Notes: a model not told the origin generated them from the sequence alone. A stretch of 64,000 nt of DNA from an uncultured delta proteobacterium (GCA_963826785.1 CAWGYD010000005.1:160001-224000); one strand, 5' to 3'; counted from the stretch's first letter, positions 28,191 through 38,118 are shown. Numbers and translations: made by a program.

Positions 28191-28856
28191 ATGAAACCAT
28201 CAGATCAAACCCTTTGCAGCTACTGCGGCAAAAAACGCTGCTTCATGGGCGACCTGTCCAAAGCGCCGGAATTCTGCCCGACCCACCGGCAGCCGGAAGC
28301 CCTGGCCGCGGCCCGGCAAAAGCTGGATGAGCCTGAAAACAGCGAGATGGCGCGATCGGTGGCGAAAACCTGGAAGGAGTACGGCAAGCTCACCCGGGTG
28401 GAGGAGACCATCCAGTATGCCCGGCTGCGCGGGTACGGCAAACTGGGGATCGCCTTTTGCGTGGGGCTTTCGGAAGAGGCCGAGAAGCTGACCAACCTGC
28501 TGATCAATGAACGCTTCGAGGTCGTATCGGTCTCCTGCATGTGCGGGGCCTTAAGCTCGGACGACGTGAATCTTCCCGACGAAGACAAGATCGTCCCCGG
28601 CATGCGCCAGCCCATGTGCAACCCCATCGGCCAGGCCGCGGTGCTGGATGCCGAAGGGGTCGAGCTCAACATCCTGCTCGGCCTGTGCGTAGGCGACGAC
28701 ACGCTCTTCATCAAGCATTCAAAAGCCCCGGTCACGGTGCTGGCGGTCAAGGACCGGGTCCTGGCCCACAACCCCCTGGGCGCGCTCTACACCTCCCGGC
28801 ACATCTACACCCGCCTCAACACCCGCAAACCCAAAACCATGGAGCCCGGGGAATAG
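28191..28856 (+). CDS. DUF1847 family Cys-rich metal-binding protein
   Basis: TRVEE, GIAFCVGL, MCNPIGQA, GLCVGDD, VKDRVLAHNP; GGAGGAGG RBS. Confidence 0.85.
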   Translation: MKPSDQTLCSYCGKKRCFMGDLSKAPEFCPTHRQPEALAAARQKLDEPENSEMARSVAKTWKEYGKLTRVEETIQYARLRGYGKLGIAFCVGLSEEAEKLTNLLINERFEVVSVSCMCGALSSDDVNLPDEDKIVPGMRQPMCNPIGQAAVLDAEGVELNILLGLCVGDDTLFIKHSKAPVTVLAVKDRVLAHNPLGALYTSRHIYTRLNTRKPKTMEPGE

Positions 28857-28947
28857 CGCACTGCACAAGATCACATTTTTTTCTGAGCGGTCGCTGTAAT
28901 CCGGCCAGTGTTGATTTTCCATTCCCCGATCAACGCGGCTTTCCTTC

Positions 28948-28984
28948 TCCCCCCTTTAGTAAAAAGGGGGGCAGGGGGGGATTT
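28948..28984. repeat. Single REP-like palindrome related to the right end of the 14187-14460 element
   Basis: TCCCCCCTTTAGTAAAAAGGGGGGCAGGGGGGGATTT. Confidence 0.6.
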
Positions 28985-29161
28985 AAAAAGGGCAGCCTCA
29001 AATCCGGCAAATCGGACTCTCCTGTCCATCCATATCAACCGTAGATAAATCACCTTGACTTCAAGAATAATTTTTCCTAAAAAATCTGATTAGATACATA
29101 CAAGGCTGAACACCATATCCACATCGGAATCTGTCAAACCATATCAAACGATATCGCGAAA

Positions 29162-30162
29162 TTGGATAAAGCCGTGCATCCATCCGATCCGCATGCGGAG
29201 AAAAAAGAACAGGCCCATTCCCCTCCAACCATCCGGCCGCCCAAGCTAATGGACCAGCTGCGCGAGGCACTTCGGTCCCGCCATTACAGCCGGCGGACCG
29301 AACAAACATATTGCAGTTGGGTCAGGCGATTTATTCATTTTCATGGTGTTCGTCACCCGGCTGATATGGCCGAACCTGAGATAAATGCGTTTCTGACCCA
29401 CCTTGCAGTAAAGGATAAAGTCAGCGCTTCCACCCAGAACCAGGCACTGAGTGCATTGCTTTTTCTCTACCGCCATGTTCTTGAACGCGAAATAGGCGAT
29501 CTGGGTAAAGTTATACGGGCCCGCAAACCAAAGCGCCTGCCCGTGGTAATGACCCGTGAAGAAGTCAAGGCGGTAGTCAATCAGCTGAAAGGCGATAAAT
29601 GGCTGATGGGAATGCTTATGTACGGCGCGGGTCTCAGGCTGATGGAGGGTGAAGAGGAATGCCTGCGGCTGAGGGTTCAGGATATCGATTTTGAAAAAAA
29701 TGAACTTTTGGTGCGCGATGGTAAAGGCGCAAAAGATCGAAGAACCATGCTGCCGTCATCTATCAAAATACCGCTTCAGCGCCATCTTGAACGTGTAAAA
29801 GAAATTCATGCCCATGATTTGGCCGAAGGGCTTGGTTCTGTCAAACTCCCGGGGGCTCTTGACCGAAAATACCCCAATGCTTCCAGGGAGTGGCGATGGC
29901 AGTGGGTTTTCCCCCAGGAAAATCGGTGGAAGAACAGGCAAACCGGTGAACAGGGACGCCACCATGTTCATGAAACTCTCATGCAACGAGCCGAGAGGGA
30001 AAAAAAATATTGGGAGAGCCCACCCACCTGCTAGAATCCGGGTATGACATAAGAACCATACAGGAATTGATGGGTCACAAAGACGTATCCACGACCATGA
30101 TCTATACGCATGTTTTGTGCGCAGGAGGACAGGGCGTTCGGAGTCCGGCAGATGAATTATAG
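29162..30162 (+). pseudogene. intI: Integron integrase, apparently disrupted (HxxR segment missing plus frameshift near 29995-30020)
   Basis: RHYSRRTE, STQNQALSALLFLY, YGAGLR, GKGAKDR, IntI-specific LDRKYP..WQWVFP..RHH; C-terminus [30 protein letters not shown] in another frame ending TAG 30162. Confidence 0.9.
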
Positions 30163-30190
30163 CCGGTATATGCAGTCTGCATATACCGGC
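30162..30190. repeat. Perfect 14-bp inverted repeat at the intI stop codon
   Basis: GCCGGTATATGCAG-T-CTGCATATACCGGC. Confidence 0.85.
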
Positions 30191-30313
30191 AGCATTAAAT
30201 CGTAATTCAGGTGTAACTTATTAATATATAATATTTAAAATCTTTTATTCTTTAATTTGCATATTGTCTTATACAGACAATTACTTGTCTGTGTTTACGG
30301 TTTTATACAGAAC

Positions 30314-30332
30314 TGCATATATATTGTTCGCC
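30314..30332 (+). other. attI site (L box TGCATAT, 5-bp spacer, R core G/TTCGCC)
   Basis: GTTCGCC at 30326-30332 is the exact complement of attC1 R'' GGCGAAC; no attC hairpin precedes it. Confidence 0.75.
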
Positions 30333-30348
30333 CGGAGTAAAATACTAT

Positions 30349-30897
30349 ATGAAATGGAATAGAATCTGTTTTTATCTTTTAGTTATATTATTTTTCAGTA
30401 TAAACGTATTTGCCAATGATGATAAGCAAATGCTTGATTTGGCTAATAGGCTTTTTCAAACTACAGCTATTCAGTGTAGCGATAACGATAAATGTTATTG
30501 TGTGGAATATAAATCTAAAGTCAATATACCTCAACGGTATGTTAAATCTCAATTTTGCAAAAAAGACACCTCTTCTGATAAGCAGATGTTTAGTTTTATT
30601 TCATGGGATAAAGAGGGGCATAAAGTCGATGAAGGGGATTATTCAATGGATGGAAAAATGATTGGTAACTGGGTGAGTTGGCACCCTAACGGAGAAAAGG
30701 CAGCTGAAGGTTTATACTCTGATGGTGAACCAGTTGGAGTTCATATAACATGGCATAAAAACGGGAAACGAGCCTCGAAGGGTCAATATTTAGATGGAAA
30801 AATGGATGGTATTTGGCTCATGTGGGATAGTTCCGGTAATTTGAAACAGAAATTTATCTGGAATAATGGTACGTTGGTCTCAAAAGAAGAACAATAG
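30349..30897 (+). CDS. Cassette 1: secreted MORN-variant repeat (YwqK-like) protein
   Basis: Signal peptide; repeats GxWxxWHxNGxKxxEGxYxDG. Confidence 0.8.
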   Translation: MKWNRICFYLLVILFFSINVFANDDKQMLDLANRLFQTTAIQCSDNDKCYCVEYKSKVNIPQRYVKSQFCKKDTSSDKQMFSFISWDKEGHKVDEGDYSMDGKMIGNWVSWHPNGEKAAEGLYSDGEPVGVHITWHKNGKRASKGQYLDGKMDGIWLMWDSSGNLKQKFIWNNGTLVSKEEQ

Positions 30898-30905
30898 TTA
30901 AAAAA

Positions 30906-30972
30906 GGCGAACAATTGGGTGCACGTGAGCCTGCCGCTGACGCGTCAGCCCACGTGACCCAAAGCGTTATGC
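30906..30972 (+). other. attC1
   Basis: R'' GGCGAAC; arms GGGTGCACGTG / CACGTGACCC with one extrahelical base; R' GTTATGC. Confidence 0.9.
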
Positions 30973-30995
30973 ACTACTAAAGTAGGTAATGAAAT

Positions 30996-33900
30996 ATGAG
31001 CGCACCTGACAGAATCAAAGAATTAACCGAGACATTTGATAATAATCTGGAATCCTATAAAAAAGGCATTTATAACGAAACCCAGGTGCGCCGAGAATTC
31101 ATCGACCCTTTTTTCGAAGAATTGGGTTGGGATGTCGGCAACAAGAGGGCCATGCCGAAGCCTATAAGGATGTGATTCACGAAGATGCCATCAAGGTTGG
31201 TGGCGTTACCAAAGCGCCGGATTATTGTTTTCGTATCGGCGGCACTCGTAAGTTTTTTCTGGAAGCGAAGAAACCGTCCGTCAATATTAAGGAAGATATC
31301 CATCCGTCCTACCAATTGCGCCGCTATGGCTGGAGCGCCAAGCTGCCCGCTCAGTATTCTCACGGACTTCGAAGAATTCGCCGTTTACGATTGCCGGGTA
31401 AAACCGGCGAAAACCGACAAGGCTTCCCATTCCCGCATCCTTTATCTGAAATACACGGATTATGAAGATCGGTGGGATGAAATCGCCGGCATCTTTTCCA
31501 ATGATGCAATCCTGAAAGGCTCCTTTGACAAATACGTCGAATCCAAAAAGGCAAAAAAGGAACCACCGAGGTCGATACCGCTTTCCTGCAGGAGATCGAG
31601 CGCTGGCGGGAACTCTTGGCCCGCAATATCGCCCTGCGGAACCCGAACCTTTCCCAGCGGGAATTGAATTTCGCCGTTCAGCAGACCATTGACCGGATCG
31701 TATTTCTTCGTATCTGCGAGGATCGGGGAATCGAAAATTACGGCGGGTTGATGGCCCTGCAGAACGGGGAGAATGTTTACGAGCGTCTGTTTCAGCTGTT
31801 CAATAAAGCGGATGAAAAATACAATTCCGGGCTGTTTCATTTCAAAAAGGAAAAAGGCCGCGAGAAATTGCGACAATCTGACGCCATGCCTGCAGATAGA
31901 TGACAAGCCTTTAAAGGAAATTTTCAAAAATCTGTATTATCCGGAAAGTCCTTACGAGTTTTCTGTCCTGCCGGCCGACATTCTCGGACAGGTTTATGAA
32001 AAGTTCCTCGGCAAGGTGATCCGGCTCACCGCCGGGCATCAGGCAAAAATCGAGGAAAAACCGGAAGTCCGCAAAGCAGGCGGGGTTTATTATACGCCGG
32101 GATACATCGTGGATTATATCGTCAAAAACACGGTGGGAAAGCTGGTGGAAGGCAAAAAGCCCGGCCCCAGGGGCGGCGTGAGCCATCTGAAGATACTCGA
32201 TCCGGCTTGCGGTTCGGGTTCGTTTCTGATCGGCGCATATCAGTTTTTACTGGACTGGCACCTGGATGAATATATCAATGACGGCCCGGAAAAATGGTCA
32301 AAAGGCAAAACTCCCCGCGTCTACCAGTCCCACAAAGGGGAATGGCGGCTTGACGACCGACGAACGCAAACGGATTCTGTTGAACAACATTTACGGCGTG
32401 GACATCGATCATCAGGCAGTGGAAGTGACCAAGCTTTCCTTGCTGCTCAAGGTGCTGGAAGGCGAGGACGAACAGAGCATTGGCAAGCAGATGCTGTTGT
32501 TTCAGGAGCGGGTCCTGCCGGACCTGTCGAATAACATCAAATGCGGAAATTCTCTGATCGGGCCGGATTTCTATGATGATCAGCAGATGAACATATTTGA
32601 TGAAGAAGAAATTTATCGCGTCAATGCATTTGATTGGAATGCCGAATTCCCTGAGATAATGAAGGACGGCGGGTTTGATGCGTGATCGGAAATCCGCCAT
32701 ATGTCAGGCAGGAAAGTATTAAGGCGAGCAAAGAATATCTTTCAAGTCACTATGATTCTGCATCAGGTACTGCGGATCTCTATGTCTACTTTCTCGAAAA
32801 AGCAGTCCGACTATTGCGTGAAGATGGTTACGCTTCATACATTGTTTCAAGTAGTTTCCTCAAAACTTCTTTTGCTAAACCTTTACGCGAAACGCTCAAA
32901 CGCCATGCAAGCATTATTGAATTGACAGATTTTGGGGGCTTGCCTGTTTTCGAGAACGCTAAAGATACTTACGTTTGCATTCCAGTCTTTCGGAATTCAC
33001 ACCAACCCAATACGATCACAATCCGGAAGGTCAGCACACTAGAGCCCACAAAACGATCCAAACAGATGACATCATCTGGCTTTCATATCTCCCATTCACG
33101 TTTTAGTCAGGATGAATACGCTCTTAGAAGTGATGAGGAAGAAAATCTCTACCGCAAGAGCTAGTGGAGAATAATACGGCACTGGAGAAAGTTGTCTCAG
33201 GGCTCTACTATGGAATAAAAACCGGATACAATAATGCTTTTGTTCTTCCATCGCCAAAAGCGGTAGAATTGAGAGATTCGAAAGATAAAACTACCTCCTC
33301 TTTTTTGCATCCATCTTATGGGGGACAAGATATTCGTCGATATCATTTGCGCCCGTTGAAAACTTATTTAATTTGTATTCCATCCGGTTGGACATACAAG
33401 ACTTATGGTTTGGTGGAAGAATTGGAAGCATGGCAACTTTTCAAGAAAGATAATCCGGCACTCGCCACACATTTTATGAGTCACCGTGATGCTTTGATTA
33501 GGCGGACGGATAAGGGCGATTTTTGGTGGGAACTACGTCCTTGCGATTATTATGGCGTTCTATATGCCGAAAAGATAATTTTCCCTGATATATGTAAAAG
33601 TTCAAGGTTTTACCTGGATAAATCAGGAAGCTATGTTCTGAATACTGCCTATGCAATAGCTTCAGCGGATCGTTTTCTTCTCGGCATTCTCAACAGCCAA
33701 TTATTTTGGTGGCTCATTTCCCAAATCAGCATTCCATTTGGTGTCAGAGCTGGAGAATTTCGTTATCGACTTATATATCAATACATGAAGCAGGTGCCCA
33801 TCCGCGTAATCAACTTTGACAACCACGCCGATGTGGCCATGCACGACCAGATCGTCAATTTTGTTAATCAGATGCTTGAGTTAAACAAAAGGCTGGCCGA

Positions 33901-34042
33901 ATCCAAAATGCCCCAGGCAACAGAGATGTTGAAGCGGCAAATCCAAAGCACAGATAAACAAATTGATGACATTGTATATAAACTTTATGATTTAACAGAT
34001 GAAGAAGTAAAAATTGTAGAATCAGGAAATAAAAATGCATAA
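30996..34042 (+). pseudogene. Cassette 2: Type IIG (Eco57I-like) restriction-modification fusion enzyme with multiple frameshifts
   Basis: Fragments in sequence order: ETQVRREFIDPFF..LGW, PDY..FFLEAKK nuclease, GVYYTP, ILDPACGSGSFL, IGNPPYV, KIIFPDI, QIDDIVYKLYDLT; about 6-7 frame changes. Confidence 0.88.
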
Positions 34043-34094
34043 CAGAAAAATTCAGCGGACCAAAAGGCCGCGCCGCTGATTAAAACCGTTAGCA
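34037..34094 (+). other. attC2
   Basis: R'' GCATAAC (complement of GTTATGC); L'' AATTCAGC / L' GCTGATT; R' GTTAGCA. Confidence 0.9.
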
Positions 34095-34105
34095 ATTGAG
34101 GCATT

Positions 34106-34438
34106 ATGAGAAGTGACATACCAGAAAAAGATTGGAAAAAGCTCAGATCATTGAAGGATTCTACGCTTAATATAGCATGTGATAGAATATTAGAAAAAAT
34201 CAAAAATCTTGCAGAATCTCGTGGATCTGAAAACCATAAATACTACTTGAAACTTTGGAAGCTTCTTAGAGATGAAGATAAAGAGATATCATTAATGTTT
34301 GATGATCTAAAACGAAGTACAGGTATTTTTAAACTCGCGATGTGGAAAAAGAATGGGCTTCTATCGCAAGAGTCCTTTGATGAATTATCTAAGGAAACTC
34401 AGGAAAATATTGATTTAATATTAGATTTAAATCGCTAA
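34106..34438 (+). CDS. Cassette 3: small helical protein of unknown function (110 aa)
   Basis: AT-rich ORF filling the cassette; GAGG RBS; stop lies within R'' of attC3. Confidence 0.8.
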   Translation: MRSDIPEKDWKKLRSLKDSTLNIACDRILEKIKNLAESRGSENHKYYLKLWKLLRDEDKEISLMFDDLKRSTGIFKLAMWKKNGLLSQESFDELSKETQENIDLILDLNR

Positions 34439-34558
34439 CATCCTAGTACAGTCGACAGCCGGGGCCTGGGCGTTTTTCTAAGTATGTACTACACCAGAAA
34501 TCATTATCTTGTTAAAAAGCTGTGGAAGCCCCGGCTGCCACTGACCGCAGCGTTGGGT
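34433..34558 (+). other. attC3 (126 bp)
   Basis: R'' CGCTAAC; arms GTACAGTCGACAGCCGGGGC / GCCCCGGCTGCCACTGAC; R' GTTGGGT. Confidence 0.85.
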
Positions 34559-34583
34559 CTCAGGCATTACACCGCAGTTTTCG

Positions 34584-34612
34584 TTGACAACATGTAGCCC
34601 TGTGGATACAAT
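34584..34612 (+). promoter_or_regulatory. Cassette-internal sigma70 promoter and operator of the TA pair
   Basis: TTGACA-17 nt-TACAAT, overlapped by imperfect palindrome TGTAGCC-N4-GGATACA. Confidence 0.85.
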
Positions 34613-34618
34613 TAGGCC

Positions 34619-34909
34619 ATGATTGAAATTCGCAAAACTGAAGTTTTCGCTAAATGGATTGATGAGTTGCGTGATATCAGCGCTCGTGCTCGAATCCAAG
34701 TCCGGATCGAGCGATTGGCTGCTGGAAATCCGGGAGATGTTAAGCCGGTAGGTGAAGGAGTTTCAGAGTTGCGGATTGCTTATGGACCCGGATATCGGGT
34801 GTATTACAAAAAACACGGCCAGAAGGTGGTAATTTTATTGGCAGGTGGAGACAAAAACACCCAGGCCAAAGATATAAAAACCGCCTTGCGTCTGGCACAG
34901 AATTTATAG
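34619..34909 (+). CDS. Cassette 4 toxin: RelE/HigB-like addiction module killer protein
   Basis: GNPGDVKPVGEGVSELRIAYGPGYRVYY, LLAGGDK. Confidence 0.92.
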   Translation: MIEIRKTEVFAKWIDELRDISARARIQVRIERLAAGNPGDVKPVGEGVSELRIAYGPGYRVYYKKHGQKVVILLAGGDKNTQAKDIKTALRLAQNL

Positions 34910-34918
34910 GAGTGTATT

Positions 34919-35257
34919 ATGGCTAAAACAGTAACTACCCGATACGATGTCGCTGAACATCTTCGAACACCAGAGGAAATGGCTGCTTATCTTGAAGCTT
35001 GCATTGAGGAGGCGAATGGTGATGCGGCCTTTATCGCAAAAGCGCTTGGTGATATCGCCCGAGCCAAGGGGATGTCACGGGTTGCGCGTGATGCAGGTCT
35101 ATCACGCGAAAGTCTCTACAAAGCTCTCTCTGGGGAGCGGACCCCAGGTTTCGACACAATCCTTAAGGTTATAAGTGCCCTTGGTTTAAAATTGCACGCA
35201 GAAGCAGCTACCGTAGATAGCAAGACCCAACACGAGGTTGAACCAGACCGCGTGTAG
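34919..35257 (+). CDS. Cassette 4 antitoxin: XRE-HTH addiction module antidote protein
   Basis: AKALGDIARAKGMSRVARDAGLSRESLYKALS; 3' end runs into attC4. Confidence 0.92.
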   Translation: MAKTVTTRYDVAEHLRTPEEMAAYLEACIEEANGDAAFIAKALGDIARAKGMSRVARDAGLSRESLYKALSGERTPGFDTILKVISALGLKLHAEAATVDSKTQHEVEPDRV

Positions 35258-35312
35258 CGTTGCGGTTTTCCTTGAATAATCCCGGCGCGGCTGGTTAACC
35301 TGGGCGTTCGTG
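35225..35312 (+). other. attC4
   Basis: R'' ACCCAAC (complement of GTTGGGT); arms GTTGAACCAGACCGCG / CGCGGCTGGTTAAC; R' GTTCGTG. Confidence 0.9.
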
Positions 35313-35331
35313 AAGAAAAAGAGTTATCTTT

Positions 35332-35769
35332 ATGAAAAGATCAAAAACGTTTACTCCACATCTTTTGTTTACTATCACAATGCTTTTAATTTTTGCAGGT
35401 TTACTAACTTATCTGTTGTATTCTTGGAGAATTGAAGGTGGCATATTATATGTAGTGTTTTCGATTTTCCCGTTAATTGGTGTGGTGGCGTTTGCTCGCC
35501 CGTTGTTATTTTTTCCTCATGTGACGATAGATAATCACAAAAGAATTACAATTCGCTATTGGGTTGGTAGCGGATTCACTGAAAATGTTTCGAATGCATT
35601 ATATGAAATAGTAGTAAAAAATGACGAAATAAGGAGCTACAGATTCAGAATTAAAAATAAACATTTTCAAGTTTCTCCATCAACTTATATTCAAGGTGAT
35701 GAGCTATCGGAGATTTTGAAATCGTTAATTAAAAAGGAAAAATTGATCCTGAGTGTTATATCCATATAA
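35332..35769 (+). CDS. Cassette 5: 2-TM membrane protein with a small C-terminal domain
   Basis: Two hydrophobic N-terminal helices; AT-rich ORF between attC4 and R'' CACTAAC. Confidence 0.8.
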   Translation: MKRSKTFTPHLLFTITMLLIFAGLLTYLLYSWRIEGGILYVVFSIFPLIGVVAFARPLLFFPHVTIDNHKRITIRYWVGSGFTENVSNALYEIVVKNDEIRSYRFRIKNKHFQVSPSTYIQGDELSEILKSLIKKEKLILSVISI

Positions 35770-35799
35770 TCAGCAACAATTTCATCACTAACAATCGAT

Positions 35800-37585
35800 G
35801 GCTATATATTTAGTATGGTATCAAGAATTTTAAAAAAATTGTCACTTATTCGATTTTTTCACTTGATTTTTATCTTGTACTAATTGTATAATATCTTGAA
35901 TTTTTGATTTAAAATCTTATAATCCGGAATCCGGTAAAACGCTTCCAATCAAAAATCTTCAGGAAAAAATATGCGAAGAGTTATCGACCCCCAAATGAAA
36001 ATCGGTGAAAAAGCAATCGCCAGCATCAAATTTGATCTCCGCTGCCGGGACGAAATCCCCAAACTGCTTCGCGGGTTGCAGGCCATATACTGCAACCGGG
36101 AACTGCGCGAAAAGGTCTTCGCCGTTCTCGCTGAGATCATCCGGATCATATCGATCCCAACAATGGCCGCAAGGGCATGGATCTGTGGAAAATATTCGTC
36201 CTGGGCACCCTGCGGCTCAACTGCGACTGGGATCATGATAAACTCCATGACATCGCCAATAATCACAAAACACTCCGGCAGATGCTCGGCGATGGCACAA
36301 TGGATGCCGATTATCAGTATTCACTGCAAACCCTCAAGGAGAATATCTCCTTGTTTACACCGGAGGTGTTGGACAAAATCAATCAGCTCGTTGTCCAGTA
36401 CGGTCATCAGTTGGCCGGTAAAAAAAAAGATCAAAAATTGACCGGAAGCTGTGATTCTTTCGTCGTTGAAACCGATGTTCATTATCCAACTGATATTAAT
36501 CTACTTTTTGATGCCATGCGAAAAATGATCACGCTGATCATGCGTATCTGCGAACATATGAAGATTACTGATTAGCGCCAGGGCGAACACCATATTCGTA
36601 AAGCAAAAAAATTGTATCGAAAAGCCCAACGGTTAAAACACTCTCATCAAAAGATAAGACCAAAAAAGCCGAAAGGGCTTGAGTGATCTTGATGCTCACA
36701 ATGAGTACATCAATCTGGCTCGCTTTTATGTTGATAAAATTAGGCAATCGTTCACTTTATTGCTGACATCCAATATCCTCACCCAAATGAAAATAGCTGA
36801 AGTAAAAGATTATATGGTTCATGCCGAAAGGCAGATCGATCAGATCTGCAGAAGAGTTGTTCAAGGCGAAACGATCCCCCATCACGAAAAGGTGTTCTCA
36901 CTCTTTGAGCAACACACCGAATGGATCAGCAAAGGCAAAGCCGGTGTTCCGGTGGAACTCGGTTTAAAGGTTTGCATTGTCAAAGATGAATACAATTTCA
37001 TTTTGCATCATCATGTGATGCAAAATGAAAAAGACGACAAAATGATCGTTTCCATTATCAAAGAAACGCAGCGCAGATTTGCCGATTTTAAAAATTGCAG
37101 TTTCGACAAAGGTTTTCATAGCCAAACAATCAGAAAGAATTGGCGATTATTTTAGAGAGAGCAGTGCTTCCCAAAAAGGGGAGGCTTTCGGCTATTAATA
37201 AAGAAATCGAGAACTCCGAAGAATTTAAAAAAGCGAAAAGAAAGCATTCGGCAGTTGAATCCTCGATCAATGCACTGGGCAATCACGGACTGGACAGGTG
37301 CCGGGACCATGGCATTGAAGGTTTCAAACGCTATGTCGCCTTGGCCGTTGTAGCACGCAATATTCAGCTCATCGGTCATATGTTACAACAAAAAGAAGTC
37401 ACTCGGTTGCGCCGCCAGGAAAAGAGAGAACGAAAAGCAGCTTAAACAAGCGATATTTGAGGCACCGGCAGGATACCTGCGTTCAAAAATAAGAAAATGG
37501 GCCGAAAATCATAGCTTTTTGCGATATTGAAAATAGTTTTGACCAATGCCGCTTGGATCTCATGCTGAATTTCCCTAGCCGGCAC
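35800..37585 (+). mobile_element. ISNCY-like (IS5-related DDE) insertion sequence; ends approximate
   Basis: Transposase fragments; weak terminal similarity GGCTA.. / ..TAGCC. Confidence 0.7.
35971..37445 (+). pseudogene. DDE transposase with several frameshifts
   Basis: RDEIPKLL, DSFVVETDVHYPTD, EKVFSLFEQHTEWISKGKAGVPVELG, SFDKGF, HSAVESSINAL spread over 4 ORFs. Confidence 0.85.
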
Positions 37586-37689
37586 AAAAATCCGGCGAAA
37601 TTTTCTGCGGAAAAATTTAAAGGTTGTCGTTCGGCTTTTTGGGCAGCTTAGCGCCGCGTTCGTTATATTTCAATAGAGGAGCAAAGAGA

Positions 37690-38118
37690 ATGACAGAACG
37701 TTACCTGGAAGTTTCGCAGGAAGCAGGGGCGGCGTTATTCGCTCGGAATATCGAAGGCCCGGTTATAATGCTGAATCTGCTTCGTTTTCGCGATGTAGCT
37801 GACTATTCCGATAATCCGGAGTTGATGCCTTCCGAGCCTATATCCGGAGCAGAGGCGTTTCAAAAATACATAGATCACACATTGCCAATTCTCAGGAAAA
37901 GTGGTGGTGATCTTGTATTTTTAGGGAAAGGCGGCAAATACCTGATTGGACCCCCGAAGGAGCAGTGGGACCTCGTAATGCTTGTTCGCCAAAACTCGCT
38001 GGCTGATTTTATGAACTTTTCATCGAACCAAGAGTACCTGACCGGTTTGGGCCATCGGACTGCCGCTTTAGAAGATTCACGATTATTGCCAATTATTGAA
38101 TCAAAATCAGCAGCATAA
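37690..38118 (+). CDS. Cassette 6: DUF1330-like (dimeric alpha/beta barrel) protein
   Basis: GPVIMLNLLRFR, SGAEAF..Y, WDLVMLV, HRTAALEDSRL; GAGG RBS. Confidence 0.82.
   Translation: MTERYLEVSQEAGAALFARNIEGPVIMLNLLRFRDVADYSDNPELMPSEPISGAEAFQKYIDHTLPILRKSGGDLVFLGKGGKYLIGPPKEQWDLVMLVRQNSLADFMNFSSNQEYLTGLGHRTAALEDSRLLPIIESKSAA

Larger units (their letters stand above)
35786..37664 (+). other. attC5 interrupted by an IS
   Basis: R'' CACTAAC at 35786-35792; inner hairpin and L'-R' (GCAGCTTAG-CGCCGC-GTTCGTT) resume after ~37585; L'' not recognisable. Confidence 0.6.

Noticed and set aside
32676..32700. TGA as selenocysteine before IGNPPY
   Set aside because: A single missing base in GAT GCG GTG ATC (DAVI) explains it; the continuation is out of frame
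33155..33170. TAG read-through or pyrrolysine in the RM gene
   Set aside because: The downstream coding sequence is in a different frame, so this is a frameshift
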